Made by a program: the position numbers and the translations under genes. DNA of 64,000 nt from the human T2T-CHM13v2.0 reference genome, Homo sapiens. A model generated the notes under the pieces. The model was not told the origin of the DNA. It searched no databases and saw nothing but the letters and a program-made list of their open reading frames with translations. The stretch lies in the NCBI RefSeq assembly GCF_009914755.1, contig NC_060945.1, one strand, 5' to 3'. The stretch's first letter is position 1, and each line of letters begins with the position of its first letter. Below, piece by piece: positions 1 through 15,170 of this stretch.

Positions 1-1250
1 ATAGCCACATGATCCAGCTCACTGATTCTTTTCTCAGCTGTGTCGAGTCTGCTGATGAGCTAATCAAAGCCATTCTTCATTTAGATTGGTGATTTTTATT
101 TCTATCATTTTCTTTTACTTTATTATAATATTTTTATAGCTTTTTTACATTACCTACCTGTTCTTTTACATTGTTAGTTTTTTTTCCATTAGAGCTTATA
201 ATGGGTTAATTACAGTTATTTTAAATTCCTTATCTGATAATTTCAATATCAGTGTCATATCTGTGTCTGTTTCTGATGTTTGCCTTGTGTCTTCAGACTG
301 TGGGGTTTTTTTCTTGCCTTTTATCATGCTTTTATTTTTTGTTTAAATCTGGACCTCATGTATTGGGTAATAGGAACTGAGATAAATAGTCCTTTAGTGA
401 AATGGTTTATGGTGATCTGGCTAAAAATTGAGCTTTGTTTATTGTGTGCCATAGGCGTAGGTACCAGAAGCTTCAAATTTCTTTAGTCTGTTTGATTTTG
501 TCTTCCCTGTTGTCTCTGAGATTTGCTAAGAACTCATCCTTAGATAAAGTTTTGTCATGCAGCAATTTTGTCTGTAATCCACTATTGGTAACCTGGATCC
601 TTGCTGGTATTGGGGTAAGGTGTGAGGGAGGGTAAGTTTTCCATAATATCATGATTAAATCTCAGTATTTTAACTAGTATCTCACCTTCACAACTACTTC
701 TTGGCATTTACTTCACCATTAGGTGAAACAGGAAGGCTAGAATGGGCTGGAGAAGGGCAAATACACTTTCCCATGGAGAGAAGGCCTTTGCTGTCAAAAA
801 CATTCTAGATGTATTTAACAATGGCTCCTTTTCTTTATCCCTTCCAGAGCCACATATGAAGATTTTTTGACTCTTCACCATAAGATGTAGGTGCAGTTCC
901 TGGAGATTGAACCCATGAAAGTGTAGGGAACCCCTTAGACTGTGACCTTCAGGAGTTTCTCACTCTCAAAGTAGTCTACAGTCAACCTCCCGGAATTTGT
1001 CATTATTACCACTCACGTGTTCATACCAGTTTATGGCTACAGAAACGTCTTCCCCAGATAAAGCGATCTTACTTGAGACTCTCGGATTTCATATTTCTTA
1101 GAATTTCAGGGTAGTGGTTTTCTCTGTAATCCTGTTCCTCTGATGAGTCCAAGAAAAGTTATTCGTTTTCAGTTTGTTTAGTTTTTTGTGTTTTAAGAAC
1201 GCATACAATTTACGATCTCTTTATGTATTGGAGTTAACAGTGAAACCACT
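1..1250 (-). mobile_element. Ancient L1M LINE, 5'/ORF1-region fragment
   Basis: T-rich strand with 'agctcactgattcttttctcagctgtgtcgagtctgctgatgagc', resembling antisense old L1M ORF1 sequence; boundaries approximate. Confidence 0.6.
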
Positions 1251-1854
1251 TTCTTTTTAATATTATTAATTTTGATAGCAAAATATGATAGAGAAGATAA
1301 AACAGCATTGCATCATTAAATATATTTTCATTATAGTAGTTTTCATACAAGTTTATATTAATAATATTAAATTGACACTAATGTTTAAACTTCATGACTA
1401 TCAAGTGAATACACACAAGACTTTTTAAATGAACCCTAAGATATAGTCACATTGATTGTATCAACATGAACTATCCTAGAATTGCTCAAAGATTCAAAAG
1501 AAATGCTATATAAACCTTATTACAAATAGAATTCTTCCATGTGAATAATAGAATAATGTGAAATATTATTATAAATATAGATTTCATGAACCTAATTTTT
1601 TTCTTTTTTTAAAATATATTTAGCTATAAAAAATGGCATGCCTAACTTTATTTGATAGTGATGGGGTCATTTGAGTTGCCCTTTGCAGTATTACTTTTTT
1701 TAGAAAGACATTAGAAAATTATAAATCTATATGTGTGTATATATGTATGTAGATTTGTAGAATGTGTAATAAATAATTATGTTACATTGAAGGCAGGCTG
1801 AGTATATTTTTCCAGTTAAAAAATTAGTAAACTATGTATTTTATATATCCAGAT

Positions 1855-2073
1855 CAGCAGTCAGCAAAACCCTGGCCTATAGTCCAATCCAACTCACAGC
1901 TTTTTTTTAAGATAATGTTTTACTGAAACATAGCCACCTCGTTTATTTACATGTTGTTTATGGCTTCTTGCAAAGCTGAAAAAGCAGAGTTTAGTTGCAA
2001 TCGAGACCTTATAGACTCCCAAGCTAGAATATGTATTATTGTTCCCTTTGCAGAAAAAGTTTCTCTATCCGTA
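1855..2073. mobile_element. MER58A-like hAT-Charlie MITE
   Basis: 'gtcagcaaaac...ttttactgaaacatagccac...gcagagtttagttgc...ccctttgcagaaaaagttt' follows the MER58A consensus as recalled. Confidence 0.75.
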
Positions 2074-4160
2074 TTCTACATACAACATCATTTAACTTAA
2101 TGTACCAGAATTTAAAATGTAAACATAGAATATGTTGATTAACTATTGGAATTTAATGAAAAACACTTAAAACTTCTAAAAGCGTGTTTATTTTTTAAGA
2201 GAATATGTAGTTATGCTTTAGTATTTATTTATTTGTATTTTCACAACATAGGAAATATTGGCGCATTGAATCTAATTTTATGGTACACTAAAATGTTCGT
2301 ATCATTGCACATAACTAATCACGATGGATGTAACAAAAGCAAAGGGAAAATACTAATATGAGATGTTTAGTGATACCTGCTATTTTATACACAAATTCAT
2401 AAAATAAAACACTTGAGAGCCTTCTTTAGCATTAAATAGGTATTACATAATTGTACATTTTTAAATGTATATACTTATGTATGTATATTTTTTAAATATA
2501 TGTGTTAGGACAGTTGGATTTAAGAACTTTGGTTTCATCTATTACATATCTATTTCTTCCCTATATGTAATAGATGAAAAGATTTTCATCGGTAAGTTCG
2601 TTTTTTCTTTCTTTCCAAGCACTAGCATGATAAATAAACAATTTCAAAGGGAACTTCTAAATACTGCTTTCCACATAAAGTTAAAAAATTAAGTGTGACT
2701 CAAATCCTGTGCTCATGGGCCATTTAGTCTTTTTCCTGACTTGTAACAAGCTCACATGTGACCTTGGAAATCTGTACTTGTCATGAAGTTTGAGCTTTCC
2801 GTTAGGTTGGTGGATGCAGTGAAAATTTATTAGTTAAAGTAAGGAAGCAGTTAATAGGCATGGCATGGTCAAGTCATAAACAACACTCTTTTACTGAGAC
2901 CAAAAGTTTGGTAGTCTGGCCTTACTCTAAATTATACTTAAACCAAGGAACTAAAAGAGCAAAATTCCAGCCCTGACTCAGTGTTCACAGGAATTCATAA
3001 TCGTAATTGAGAATGAGAGCTTTCAAAAGAGGTAGACAAGGATATTTGGGGGATTTCATTACAAATGTTTCAATTTACTTTTTAAATGATGCTCAAACCA
3101 AATATATATTCTGTTTTACTAGATGCAAAGGTACCAGTTTACCTTCACATTCCTTGATCTAAAAAGGTACACATATTTAAAACAAAGCTTTAGTACATAT
3201 ATGTCAAATTGTCGATTTCTGTTTCAGTTTCCCAACTATCTTCATCAACTTTAAGCATTATATATCTGTGTATGGGCCACTTTTTGCGATAAACGCAACT
3301 TGTGTTAGTTTGGAGCCACACATCCTTCTTATCCAGGTTCCCAGGTGGCCCCAGCAATCCTACCAGCCACAACCAAGTTCCCCATTGCCCAAGAGTATAT
3401 AGAATTTGGTGAAATAAAATTGTTTTTTTTTAAATTTGGAGTTCCACCCACCAAAACATACCAAAACATTTGTGCTCATTCTCTCAAGATTGTTCTCTGT
3501 TTCTATTACAGGACCCATCTGAATTTTTAGTGCCTTTATGGAATTTCTGTACTTTGACCAACCAGAAGAAGGACTATTTTTGTTAAAGAATGTTCATCCG
3601 AGCCATTCCAAACATGCCATAGAAGCAACTGACTATTGAAGGAGACACCCTTGCTTTGACATTTTATAACAATGATCTATGTAATACTTAAGACTCTTTA
3701 AATTTGAGATAATAGAAAATGTAACTCAAACTAGTTTAAACAATAAAGTGAATTTATTGGCTCATCTACCAGAGGAGTACAAAGGCTTGTGCTTGTTTAT
3801 TTGAGGTTGCTACTCATCAAAGATTCTTCATTTAGTCTACTCTGCCTTCCTCAAAGAGCCTCACACTAAGGCTGGCTTCCTTCTTTTCAGGAATGAAATA
3901 ACCACAGCAGGAATAACATTTATACCTTGCAACACTTCAAAAGGTTTAAAGAAAGAGCGTGCAATTCTAGAAATGGTTTTCCCAGTTTCATTAGCTGAGC
4001 TTTGTTAAAGTTCAGTGGCTTCTCAATGGTATTATGCCAGTTGGCTGAATTCTGACACAACAAGCTCCACCATAAGACACAGGTGTGAGAAGGAAGTGCA
4101 AACACTCGGATGAAAAAATAGGGCAATTCTCAAGAGAAGGTGTTATGATTGGTAAGGAGA

Positions 4161-4709
4161 CGTGATGGTTCATTTTATGTGTCAACTTGATTGGCTCATG
4201 TGGTGCTCACATACTGGCCTAAAATTATATTGGTACATATCTGTAAAAGTGTTTCTGGATGAGATTAGCATTTGAATCTGCAGACTGAATACAGCTGATG
4301 GCCCTCCCTAACTAGTGTGGGCATTGGCCAGTCAGTTGAGGGCCTGAATAAAGCAAAAGGTGGAGGAAGGGTAATATCTTTTTATTCTCTGCCCTACTGC
4401 TTGAGCTGGGAGATCAGATTTCTCCTGCCCTTAGACTGGACTTACACCGTTGGTGCTCCTGACTCTCAGGCCTTCAAATGGGGACTGAAACTACACCATT
4501 AGCTTTTCCAGGTCCCTAGCTTGCAGATGGCAGATCATGGGGCGACTCAGCCTTCACAATTACACGAGCCAAAACCTTATAATTAATCTTATAGCTCTGT
4601 GTGTATATGTATGCTATATATACACATATATATTTATATGGCTATGTAGCTATGTATATTTTCTTTTATCCTATTGGTTCAGATTTTTTAAAGAATCCTG
4701 ATGAATACA
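4161..4709 (+). mobile_element. MLT2-family (ERVL) solo LTR with internal TA-rich tract
   Basis: Starts 'gtgatggttcattttatgtgtcaacttga', contains 'gtttctggatgagattagcatttgaatc', ends 'cctattggttc...gaatcctgatgaataca'. Confidence 0.85.
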
Positions 4710-5218
4710 GGAAGTAATGAGAATGTCCATGACATTCAAAATCATGAAATGATGCTTATAACCTAATGATAAATTGTAACTCTGTTTCTTAATCTTATGA
4801 GTGTCTCTATTTTACCAAATAATCCAGTCAACCAATAAAAGCCATCATGAACTGGTAGATTAAAAAGTTTTTCACTTTCAAGTTATCAAGAACACTTTTC
4901 AATAATTCATGGAAAATTCACTTCAGCTCACGCATATATTGGTATGTCTTTCTTCCCTAAAGTAGAAGAAACCAGGAGGAAATATTTCAATTTGATTACA
5001 CAAAGAAAATGGTTTCTGTATGCAGAAACAAACCTCAGAACTTACTTTAAAAAAAGACTAATAGTGCAATTCACTATACTTATTTTGAGCTACTTTACCT
5101 GAACACCAAATACTAAATTAATGGAAAGCATAATGATCACAACGAAAAATCAATCTTTAAAAATAGAGACAAATCTTTCTTTCATATTTATGTACTGGTC
5201 TGGGAAGCAATTAAAAAT

Positions 5219-5471
<253 letters not shown>

Positions 5472-5664
5472 TCAATGAAGGAATGATATTTATCTTTTTT
5501 TTTTTCCAATAGTGGCATTTTTAGCTTAATCTGAAAACAAAATTTACTAGGAGTCTTTAACCAATTTACATTTTTTTCTCTTCTTCACATATTCCTTTCT
5601 GAAAAAATAATAACCTCTATTTGATTGAAGCCCATAATCATGTCTAAAATCACCTTGCTCTTTG

Positions 5665-6760
<1,096 letters not shown>

Positions 6761-7404
6761 TTCTTAATTCTCTTTTTTATTTTTCCTTTTGGTTTTATGC
6801 ATTGGCTCAAGTGGGAAAAGTCCCAGGACTCTGGGTATTTCCACTTCCTACCCACACTCCTAGTTCCACTTTCACGGACTCTCTAAAAATCTAAAGAATT
6901 AATCCCATCATGCTCTACTTTTCTATTTACATCCTTGCCACCAGCTCAAGTTTCCCAGATTCCTCTTTGCCTGGAATCTTAACCCTTACACGTGGATATG
7001 GATCTCTGAAATTCTAAACCACACTGGGCCCTTCAGATGTCCAACCTAAGCAAAATCTTCTACTTCCTCAAGCGTTCATCAAACATGCCCTTTACCGTCT
7101 TGTTCTAATTGAAATCTTTCTCATTTCTGTGGAAATGCTTTTTAACATTTGTTATTTTTTTCTCTCATAGTCTTTATAAGACTGGACATAGAGGTAGAGT
7201 AAGTTCCCTATTGTCTCTTGATATCATTTTACACCCGTTTGTTGCTCCCTTCTTTTTTCCAAAACTCCCAACTTTGAAACTCATACCCTTAGTCTATGCT
7301 ACCTATTACAACCCCTTGCTGTAATTGTTTACAGCTTTGGGCTCACATCGAACCCTCATTCCATGATGATTTCTCTACCTGCTTTATCTTCCAGCTTTTC
7401 AACA

Positions 7405-9317
7405 TGATAAAGATATATATAGTATATATATACATACACATATATATATCTTTGATAAAGATATATATACACACATATATCTTTGATAAAGATACATATA
7501 CACATATATCTTTGATAAATATATACACACATATATCTGATAAAGCTAGATATATACACATGTATATCTTTGATAAAGAGATATATACACACGTAAATCT
7601 TTGATAAAGATATATATACGCATATATATTTGATAAAGATATATATACGCATATACATCTTTGATAAAGACATATGTAGGCATATACGTCTTAGATAAAG
7701 ACATATATGTAGGCATATACGTCTTAGATAAAGACATATATGTAGGCATATACGTCTTAGATAAAGACATATATGTAGGCATATACGTCTTAGATAAAGA
7801 CATATATGTAGGCATATACGTCTTAAAGATATATATGTAGGCATATACGTCTTAAAGATATATATGTAGGCATATACGTCTTAAAGATATATATGTAGGC
7901 ATATACGTCTTAAAGATATATATGTAGGCATATACGTCTTAAAGATATATATGTAGGCATATACGTCTTAGATAAAGATATATATGTAGGCATATACGTC
8001 TTAGATAAAGATATATATGTAGGCATATACGTCTTAAAGATATATATGTAGGCATATACGTCTTAGATAAAGATATATATGTAGGCATATACGTCTTTGA
8101 TAAAGATATATATGTAGGCATATACGTCTTAGATAAAGATATATATGTAGGCATATACGTCTTAGATAAAGATATATATGTAGGCATATACGTCTTAGAT
8201 AAAGATATATATGTAGGCATATACGTCTTAGATAAAGATATATATGTAGGCATATACGTCTTAGATAAAGATATATATGTAGGCATATACGTCTTAGATA
8301 AAGATATATATGTAGGAATATACGTCTTTGATAAAGATATATATGTAGGCATATACGTCTTAGATAAAGATATATATGTAGGCATATACGTCTTAAAGAT
8401 ATATATGTAGGCATATACGTCTTAAAGATATATATGTAGGCATATACGTCTTAAAGATATATATGTAGGCATATACGTCTTAAAGATATATATGTAGGCA
8501 TATACGTCTTAGATAAAGATATATATGTGGGCATATACGTCTTAGATAAAGATATATATGTAGGCATATACGTCTTAGATAAAGATATATATGTAGGAAT
8601 ATACGTCTTTGATAAAGATATATATGTAGGCATATACGTCTTTGATAAAGATATATATGTAGGCATATACGTCTTAAAGATATATATGTAGGCATATACG
8701 TCTTAAAGATATATATGTAGGCATATACGTCTTAAAGATATATATGTAGGCATATACGTCTTAAAGATATATATGTAGGCATATACGTCTTAGATAAAGA
8801 TATATATGTAGGCATATACGTCTTAGATAAAGATATATATGTAGGCATATACGTCTTAGATAAAGATATATATGTAGGCATATACGTCTTAGATAAAGAT
8901 ATATATGTAGGCATATACGTCTTTGATAAAGATATATATGTAGGCATATACGTCTTAGATAAAGATATATATGTAGGCATATACGTCTTAGATAAAGATA
9001 TATATGTAGGCATATACGTCTTTGATAAAGATATATATGTAGGCATATACGTCTTTGATAAAGATATATATGTAGGCATATACGTCTTAGATAAAGATAT
9101 ATATGTAGGCATATACGTCTTAGATAAAGATATATATGTAGGCATATACGTCTTAGATAAAGATATATATGTAGGCATATACGTCTTTGATAAAGATATA
9201 TATGTAGGCATATACGTCTTTGATAAAGATATATATGTAGGCATATACGTCTTTGATAAAGATATATATGTAGGCATATATGTCTTTGATAAAGATATAT
9301 ATGTAGGCATATATATC
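7405..9317. repeat. Minisatellite (VNTR-like). 33-bp unit TTAGATAAAGATATATATGTAGGCATATACGTC, 29-bp variant lacking 4 nt; degenerate units at 7405-7670
   Basis: Read directly; about 50 homogeneous units from ~7671, 14 of them short; 11-aa periodicity of minus-strand ORFs confirms the 33-bp period. Confidence 0.98.
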
Positions 9318-9421
9318 TTTCTAAGTGGCATTCATAGCAAAAAAAGATATATATATCTTTATATATATATATATATATAAAGATATATATATCTTTTTTT
9401 GCTATGAATGCCACTTAGAAA
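9318..9421. repeat. Perfect 104-bp palindrome with no spacer
   Basis: tttctaagtggcattcatagc-A7-g(at)5c-ttt-(at)9-aaa-g(at)5c-T7-gctatgaatgccacttagaaa; checked base by base, centre 9369/9370. Confidence 0.97.
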
Positions 9422-9618
9422 TTTATTCTATTCTCTGAGACTCTCAGTTCATTGACTTTCTCTTCTATAACCACTTTGTTTTCCACTACAACTCTCATGT
9501 CTTATAATAGGCTTAGAACATTGTTTTTTAAACTAGGGAATTAAAAAGAAACAGTATAAAATATTTCCTGAAGGAACATAACGTCTAATAATGAATTATG
9601 CCAATGGATAATTGGACA

Positions 9619-10915
9619 GATCAAGATGGATCAAAGACTTAACTCTAAGATATAATAGCATAAAAATTATAGAAGACAATATTAGAGAAACCCTTCTAAA
9701 CATTGGCTTAGGCAAAGACTTTATGATCAAGAACCCAAAAGCAAATGTAACAAAAATAAAGATAAATAGATGGGACTTAATTAAACTAAAAGGTTTCCAC
9801 ACAGCAAAACAAATAATCAGCAGAGTTAACAGGCAACCCACAAAGTGGGAGAAAATCTTCACAATCTATACATCTGACAAAGGATTAATATCCAGAATCT
9901 ACAAAGAACTCACACAAATCAGCAAGAAGGAAACAAACAATTCCATCAAAAAGTAGGCTAAGGACATGAATAGACAATTCTCAAATGAAGATATACAAAT
10001 GGCCAATGAGCCTATGGAAAAAAGCTCAACATCACTAATTATCAAGGAAATGTAAATCAAAACCACAATACAATACCACCTTACTCCTGCAAGAATGGCC
10101 ATAATCAAAAAATAATTAAAAAATAGATGCTGTCGTGGATATGATGAAAAGGGAACAATTTTACACTGTTGGTGGGAATGTAAACTAGTACAATCACTAT
10201 GGAAAACAGTGTGGAGATTCCTCAAAGAACTAAAAGTAGATCCACCATTTGATCCAGAAATCACACTACTAGGTATCTACCCAGCAGAAAGGAAGTCATT
10301 ATACAAAAAAGATAATTGTACAGGAATGTTTAGAGCAGAACAATTTGCAATTGCAAAAATATAGGATCAGCTCAAATGCCCATCAATGAACAAGTGGATA
10401 AAGAAAAGTGGATAAAGAAATGTGTGTGTCTGTGTGTATGTGTGTATATATATACGCACACATACACACACACATTTCTTTATACATATATATATATATA
10501 TACACACACATACACATACACACACATACACACACACACACACCATGGAATACTACTCAGTCATGCAAAAGAACAGAATAATGGCATTCAGAAAAACCTG
10601 GATGGAATTGGAGACTATTATTCTAAGTGATGTAACTCAGGGGGATGGAAAATCAAACATCATATCTTCTCACTCAAAAGTGGGAGCTAAGCTATGAGGA
10701 TGCAAAAGCATAAGAATGATACATTGAACTCTGTGGACTCGGGGGAAAGGGTGGGAGGGGTATGAGTGATAAAAGACTACACATTGGGTACAGTGTACAC
10801 TGCTCCAGTGATGGGTGCACCAAAAGCTCAGAAGTCACCACTAAATAACTTATTCATGTAACCAAACACCACCTGCTCCATAAAAAGTTATCAAAATAAA
10901 ACATAAATTAAAATA
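9619..10915 (+). mobile_element. L1PB-like LINE-1, 5'-truncated (ORF2 C-terminus plus 3'UTR)
   Basis: ORF 9612-9956 'SRWIKDL...WDLIKLKGF...[22 protein letters not shown]'; 3'UTR 'gggagctaagctatgaggatgcaaa...gtgatgggtgcaccaaa'; A-rich end. Confidence 0.92.
10421..10543. repeat. Compound (TG)n/(TA)n/(CA)n microsatellite inside the L1
   Basis: Read directly. Confidence 0.9.
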
Positions 10916-10916
10916 A

Positions 10917-11229
10917 GCCAGTACCAGCCACTGCAAAAACATACCAAATTGTAAAGACCATCAACACTATAAAGAAACTGCATCAATTAATGGGCAAAAT
11001 CACCAGCTAGCAGCATAATGACAGGATCAAATTCACACATAGCAATATTAACCTTAAATGTAAATGGGCTAAATGGGCTAAATGTCCCAATTAAAAGACA
11101 CAGACTGGCAAATTGGATAAAGAGTCAAGACTCGTTGGTGTGCTGTATTCAGGAGACCCATCCCATGTGCAAAGACACACATAGGCTCAAAATAAAGGGA
11201 TGGAGGATTATTTACCAAGCAAATGAAAT
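10917..11229 (+). mobile_element. Internal L1PA fragment: ORF1 end, inter-ORF spacer and ORF2 endonuclease N-terminus
   Basis: ORF at 11018 'MTGSNSHIAILTLNVNGLN...IKRHRLANWIKSQD...CCIQETH' is the L1 ORF2p APE-type endonuclease start; a 9-bp tandem duplication gives NGLNGLN. Confidence 0.93.
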
Positions 11230-11241
11230 GATAAATGCATA

Positions 11242-11960
<719 letters not shown>

Positions 11961-12807
11961 AGATAACGTGTCTAAAAATCGACATCAACAAAAATAGTCA
12001 TTTTATTGCAATTGACCAAATGTTCTTTTATTATCAGTTTTATGAATTTCTTAGTTCTGAGTACTATTAACAGGTCAGTCACTTTCTATGAAGCAAAAAC
12101 AAAGAAAACCTTCTGCAAGCTCCAACCTGATGGCTTTAAACTAAGTAATGTGAAACAAAAGGTATGAACTATATAAAAAAATAGGCTTCTGTACAACCAG
12201 TGATTAACTAGCAAAAGCAGAGGAGGACTCTTTTTTTTTTCCTGCACATTCTCTCCCTGTAGGAAAACTATAAGAGAAGCCAAAATCATATCAAAAGGCT
12301 TGCTCAGTGTAATGATTTGTTCTTGGTAGGAACAATAGTGGTCTTTGGCCTTCCTCCCCATTAGATGCTGTAACTACTGTGACGATATTCTCGTGGAAAG
12401 CTAATTTTAGAACCTACTGAGAATACAACTGCACCCAGGTGGGTTATAGTTACCAGAGTGTATCTGTAAATGTACATAGAATTTAATTAATCCATAAAAA
12501 GACTACTGATATAAAACCGGGGAAAAGCTGGAATGTTTTACTAGCAGGCAATGAATAGTCTCTTGGTAATGAATAAAAATCTTACCTTGCTAATAACCAT
12601 GAGAAAGCTCCTAGGTGTTGAAATGATGTCTCAATAATTAAGTACTAAAGCCATTTTTTTGCACAAAGTAGAAGTAGATGTACAAAGGAGATGAAAGGCA
12701 GGCATCTTCTAAAATTTGCAGGTCCTACACAATAGTACAAGTAGTGTACCACATACCATATATACACATATTTAAAATATTTGTTACTAGTCGTTCCCTA
12801 GGTCGAT

Positions 12808-12970
12808 TAATCTTAACCTTGGCTATACATTTGAATCATGTAAAGAGTGTTTTAAAATGCCTACCCTGAACCTTTCAACTTGCTGAGACTTAGATTTATT
12901 TATTTGATGGAGTAGTTAGTATTTTATTATCAGCTCCCAAGTTGATGCTAATGTGCACCAGGGTAACAAA
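12808..12970. mobile_element. MER5A-like hAT MITE
   Basis: 'cttaaccttggctatacatttgaatca...agctcccaagttgatgctaatgtgcaccaggg'. Confidence 0.65.
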
Positions 12971-14255
12971 ATTCTTCAAAGAATAATTATAAATACCCTG
13001 GCATGTGGTCTACGACAAGGATGACACTTACCTAACTTAATTCTGTGGAATATGAGAACATTCATGAATCAATCTCTCATTATATTTCTGTTTTTGGCCA
13101 GAGGGTACATTTGGCTGCTTTTAAAATTCAATAAAAAACTGCCTGGGAGGAAGACTGCAAAGCTATGTAGGGAATAAATACATCTCCAAAGATGGAGTTT
13201 TCTGAAACATCAAGACGCACGTGAAAACACCTTGAAACATACATGCAAATTATCTATCTTCTTAACCAATCTTAATGTGATTAGTTTCCTCTAAACTAGA
13301 GATCACAAAGATAAATATTTCTTGGTTCTAAATTTTCCAGGACAATTAAATAATCCACCAAAATAACATGGATATTTTGAATAGATAATTTCCTGTTCAG
13401 TTTAAGTTTACTTATACAAACATGAGGAATCATTTGTAGTTATTATCCAGGATAAGCCTGCAACTATGTAGTAAAGAAAATATTCTGTAGATAATACTTA
13501 CCACAAACATTTTTTAAAATGTAGTAATACATGTGCTTTTTACTTTGAGGGAAACTTGCTGTAGAGTTAGCAAATATATATTCATTGAAGAGAAAGTTCA
13601 ACAATCCTTGTAACAACGTTTTCAATTCCTTCCTTCTTATATAGCTGAGATAACACATTTCTAGAATGACTAAGAAATAGTTTTCTTTTGGTGCTATTTT
13701 TTTCTTAATGTCAGCATTATAAATTTATAGTAAAATGGGATGATTTACTCAAATTAGCAAATAGTTAATTCACAGACATTAAAAGTTCTAAATTTTTTAT
13801 TGAAAGTTTTTAAGAAAAATTACAAAAATGCATTAGTAACCTGTGCAAAAGCATTTGAGTATTTGTTTTTCTTTCATAAGGGACAGAATACTATGTTGAG
13901 CTATTTATTAATACATAACTCATTCTCTTTTTCATAATCATATTTTCTCATACTTGAAAGCTTCTCTAATTCAGAAAGCTAGGACATCCTGCAGTCACTA
14001 ACCTCAGAGAAGGTTTGTTACTTGTTAGAGAAGTACGCATTTCAGTAACACCTTCATTAGGAAAAACTTGGCTTCAAACGAAACATTATTTTCTGAGGTG
14101 GAACACACTTTTTGGCTATTGATAGTCACAGGTTCTTAAAGCACAGTAGTTTTATACATATATACATTTTATACTGGGCTTTATTTTTATATTTGTGTAC
14201 TATTTACTTACTTTGAAAGATATTTTTACTCTTAGATTTACATAATGGAGAGGAC

Positions 14256-15170
14256 ACCACTAATCATCAGGCAAATGCAAATCAAAACCACAGTGAGATA
14301 TACTGTCACACCAAACAGGATGGCTATTCTCAAAAAGACAAAAAATAACAAATGCTCATGAGGATGTCGAGAAATGGGAACTCTTATGCATTGTTGGTGG
14401 GAATGTAAACTAGTACAGCCATTATGAAGAACAGCTAAAGATTCCTTTAAAACTACCTATAGGACTACCATATGATCCAGCAATCCCACTACTGGGCATT
14501 TATTCAAAAGAAAGGAAGTCAGTATATTGAAAAGACATTTGTACCTTCGTGTTTATTGCAGCACTATTCACAATAGCCAAAGTATGGAATCTGCCAAGGT
14601 GGCCAGCTTTCAGATACATGGACTTTAAAATGTGGTACATATACACAATGGAATACTATTCAACCATAAAAAATGAACTCTTGTCATTTGCAGCAACATG
14701 GATGAAACTGGAAGAACTCTGGAAGGCATTATGTTAAGTAAAATAAGCGATGTTGTCACTAATGTGTGGAAGCTAAAAAAAATTTAAAAGATGACCTCAT
14801 AGAAGTAAAAATAGAAGAGAGGATATTAGAGGTTAGAAAATGTAGGGGAAAAAGAGATAGAGACAGATTTATTAAAGATTACAAAATTACAGCTAGATAA
14901 GAGGAATAATTTTTAGTGTTCTATAGCACCATAAAATGACTATAGTTAACAATAATATATTCCATAGTTTCAAATAGCTAGAAGGATGATACTTAATGTT
15001 CCCAACACTAAGAAACAATAAATGTTTGAGATGACAGATATGCCAGTTACTGTGATCTGTATATGTGTATATAGTGATCTGTAATGATCACTATACATGG
15101 CACGTATCACAACATGGCTGTGTACTTCATAAATATGTAAGATTACTATATGTTAAATTAAAAATAGATT
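14256..15170 (+). mobile_element. L1MA LINE-1 3' end
   Basis: 'cactaatcatcaggcaaatgcaaatcaaaaccacagtgagata'; ORF 14549 'MFIAALFTIAK'; L1MA-type 3'UTR 'caaaattacagctagataagaggaataa'. Confidence 0.9.

Noticed and set aside
3710-4130. Possible ancient LTR remnant (similar case near 40580-40790)
   Set aside because: Resemblance too weak to assign a family or boundaries without a search
7671-9317. CRISPR-like appearance (palindromic ~30-bp repeats)
   Set aside because: No unique spacers, no cas genes, and a primate repeat context
7356-9414. Long minus-strand ORFs of up to 217 aa, (KTYMPTYISLS)n and (RRICLHIYLYL)n
   Set aside because: They arise from a stop-free 33-bp unit and are broken by each 29-mer; no promoter, splice or homology support
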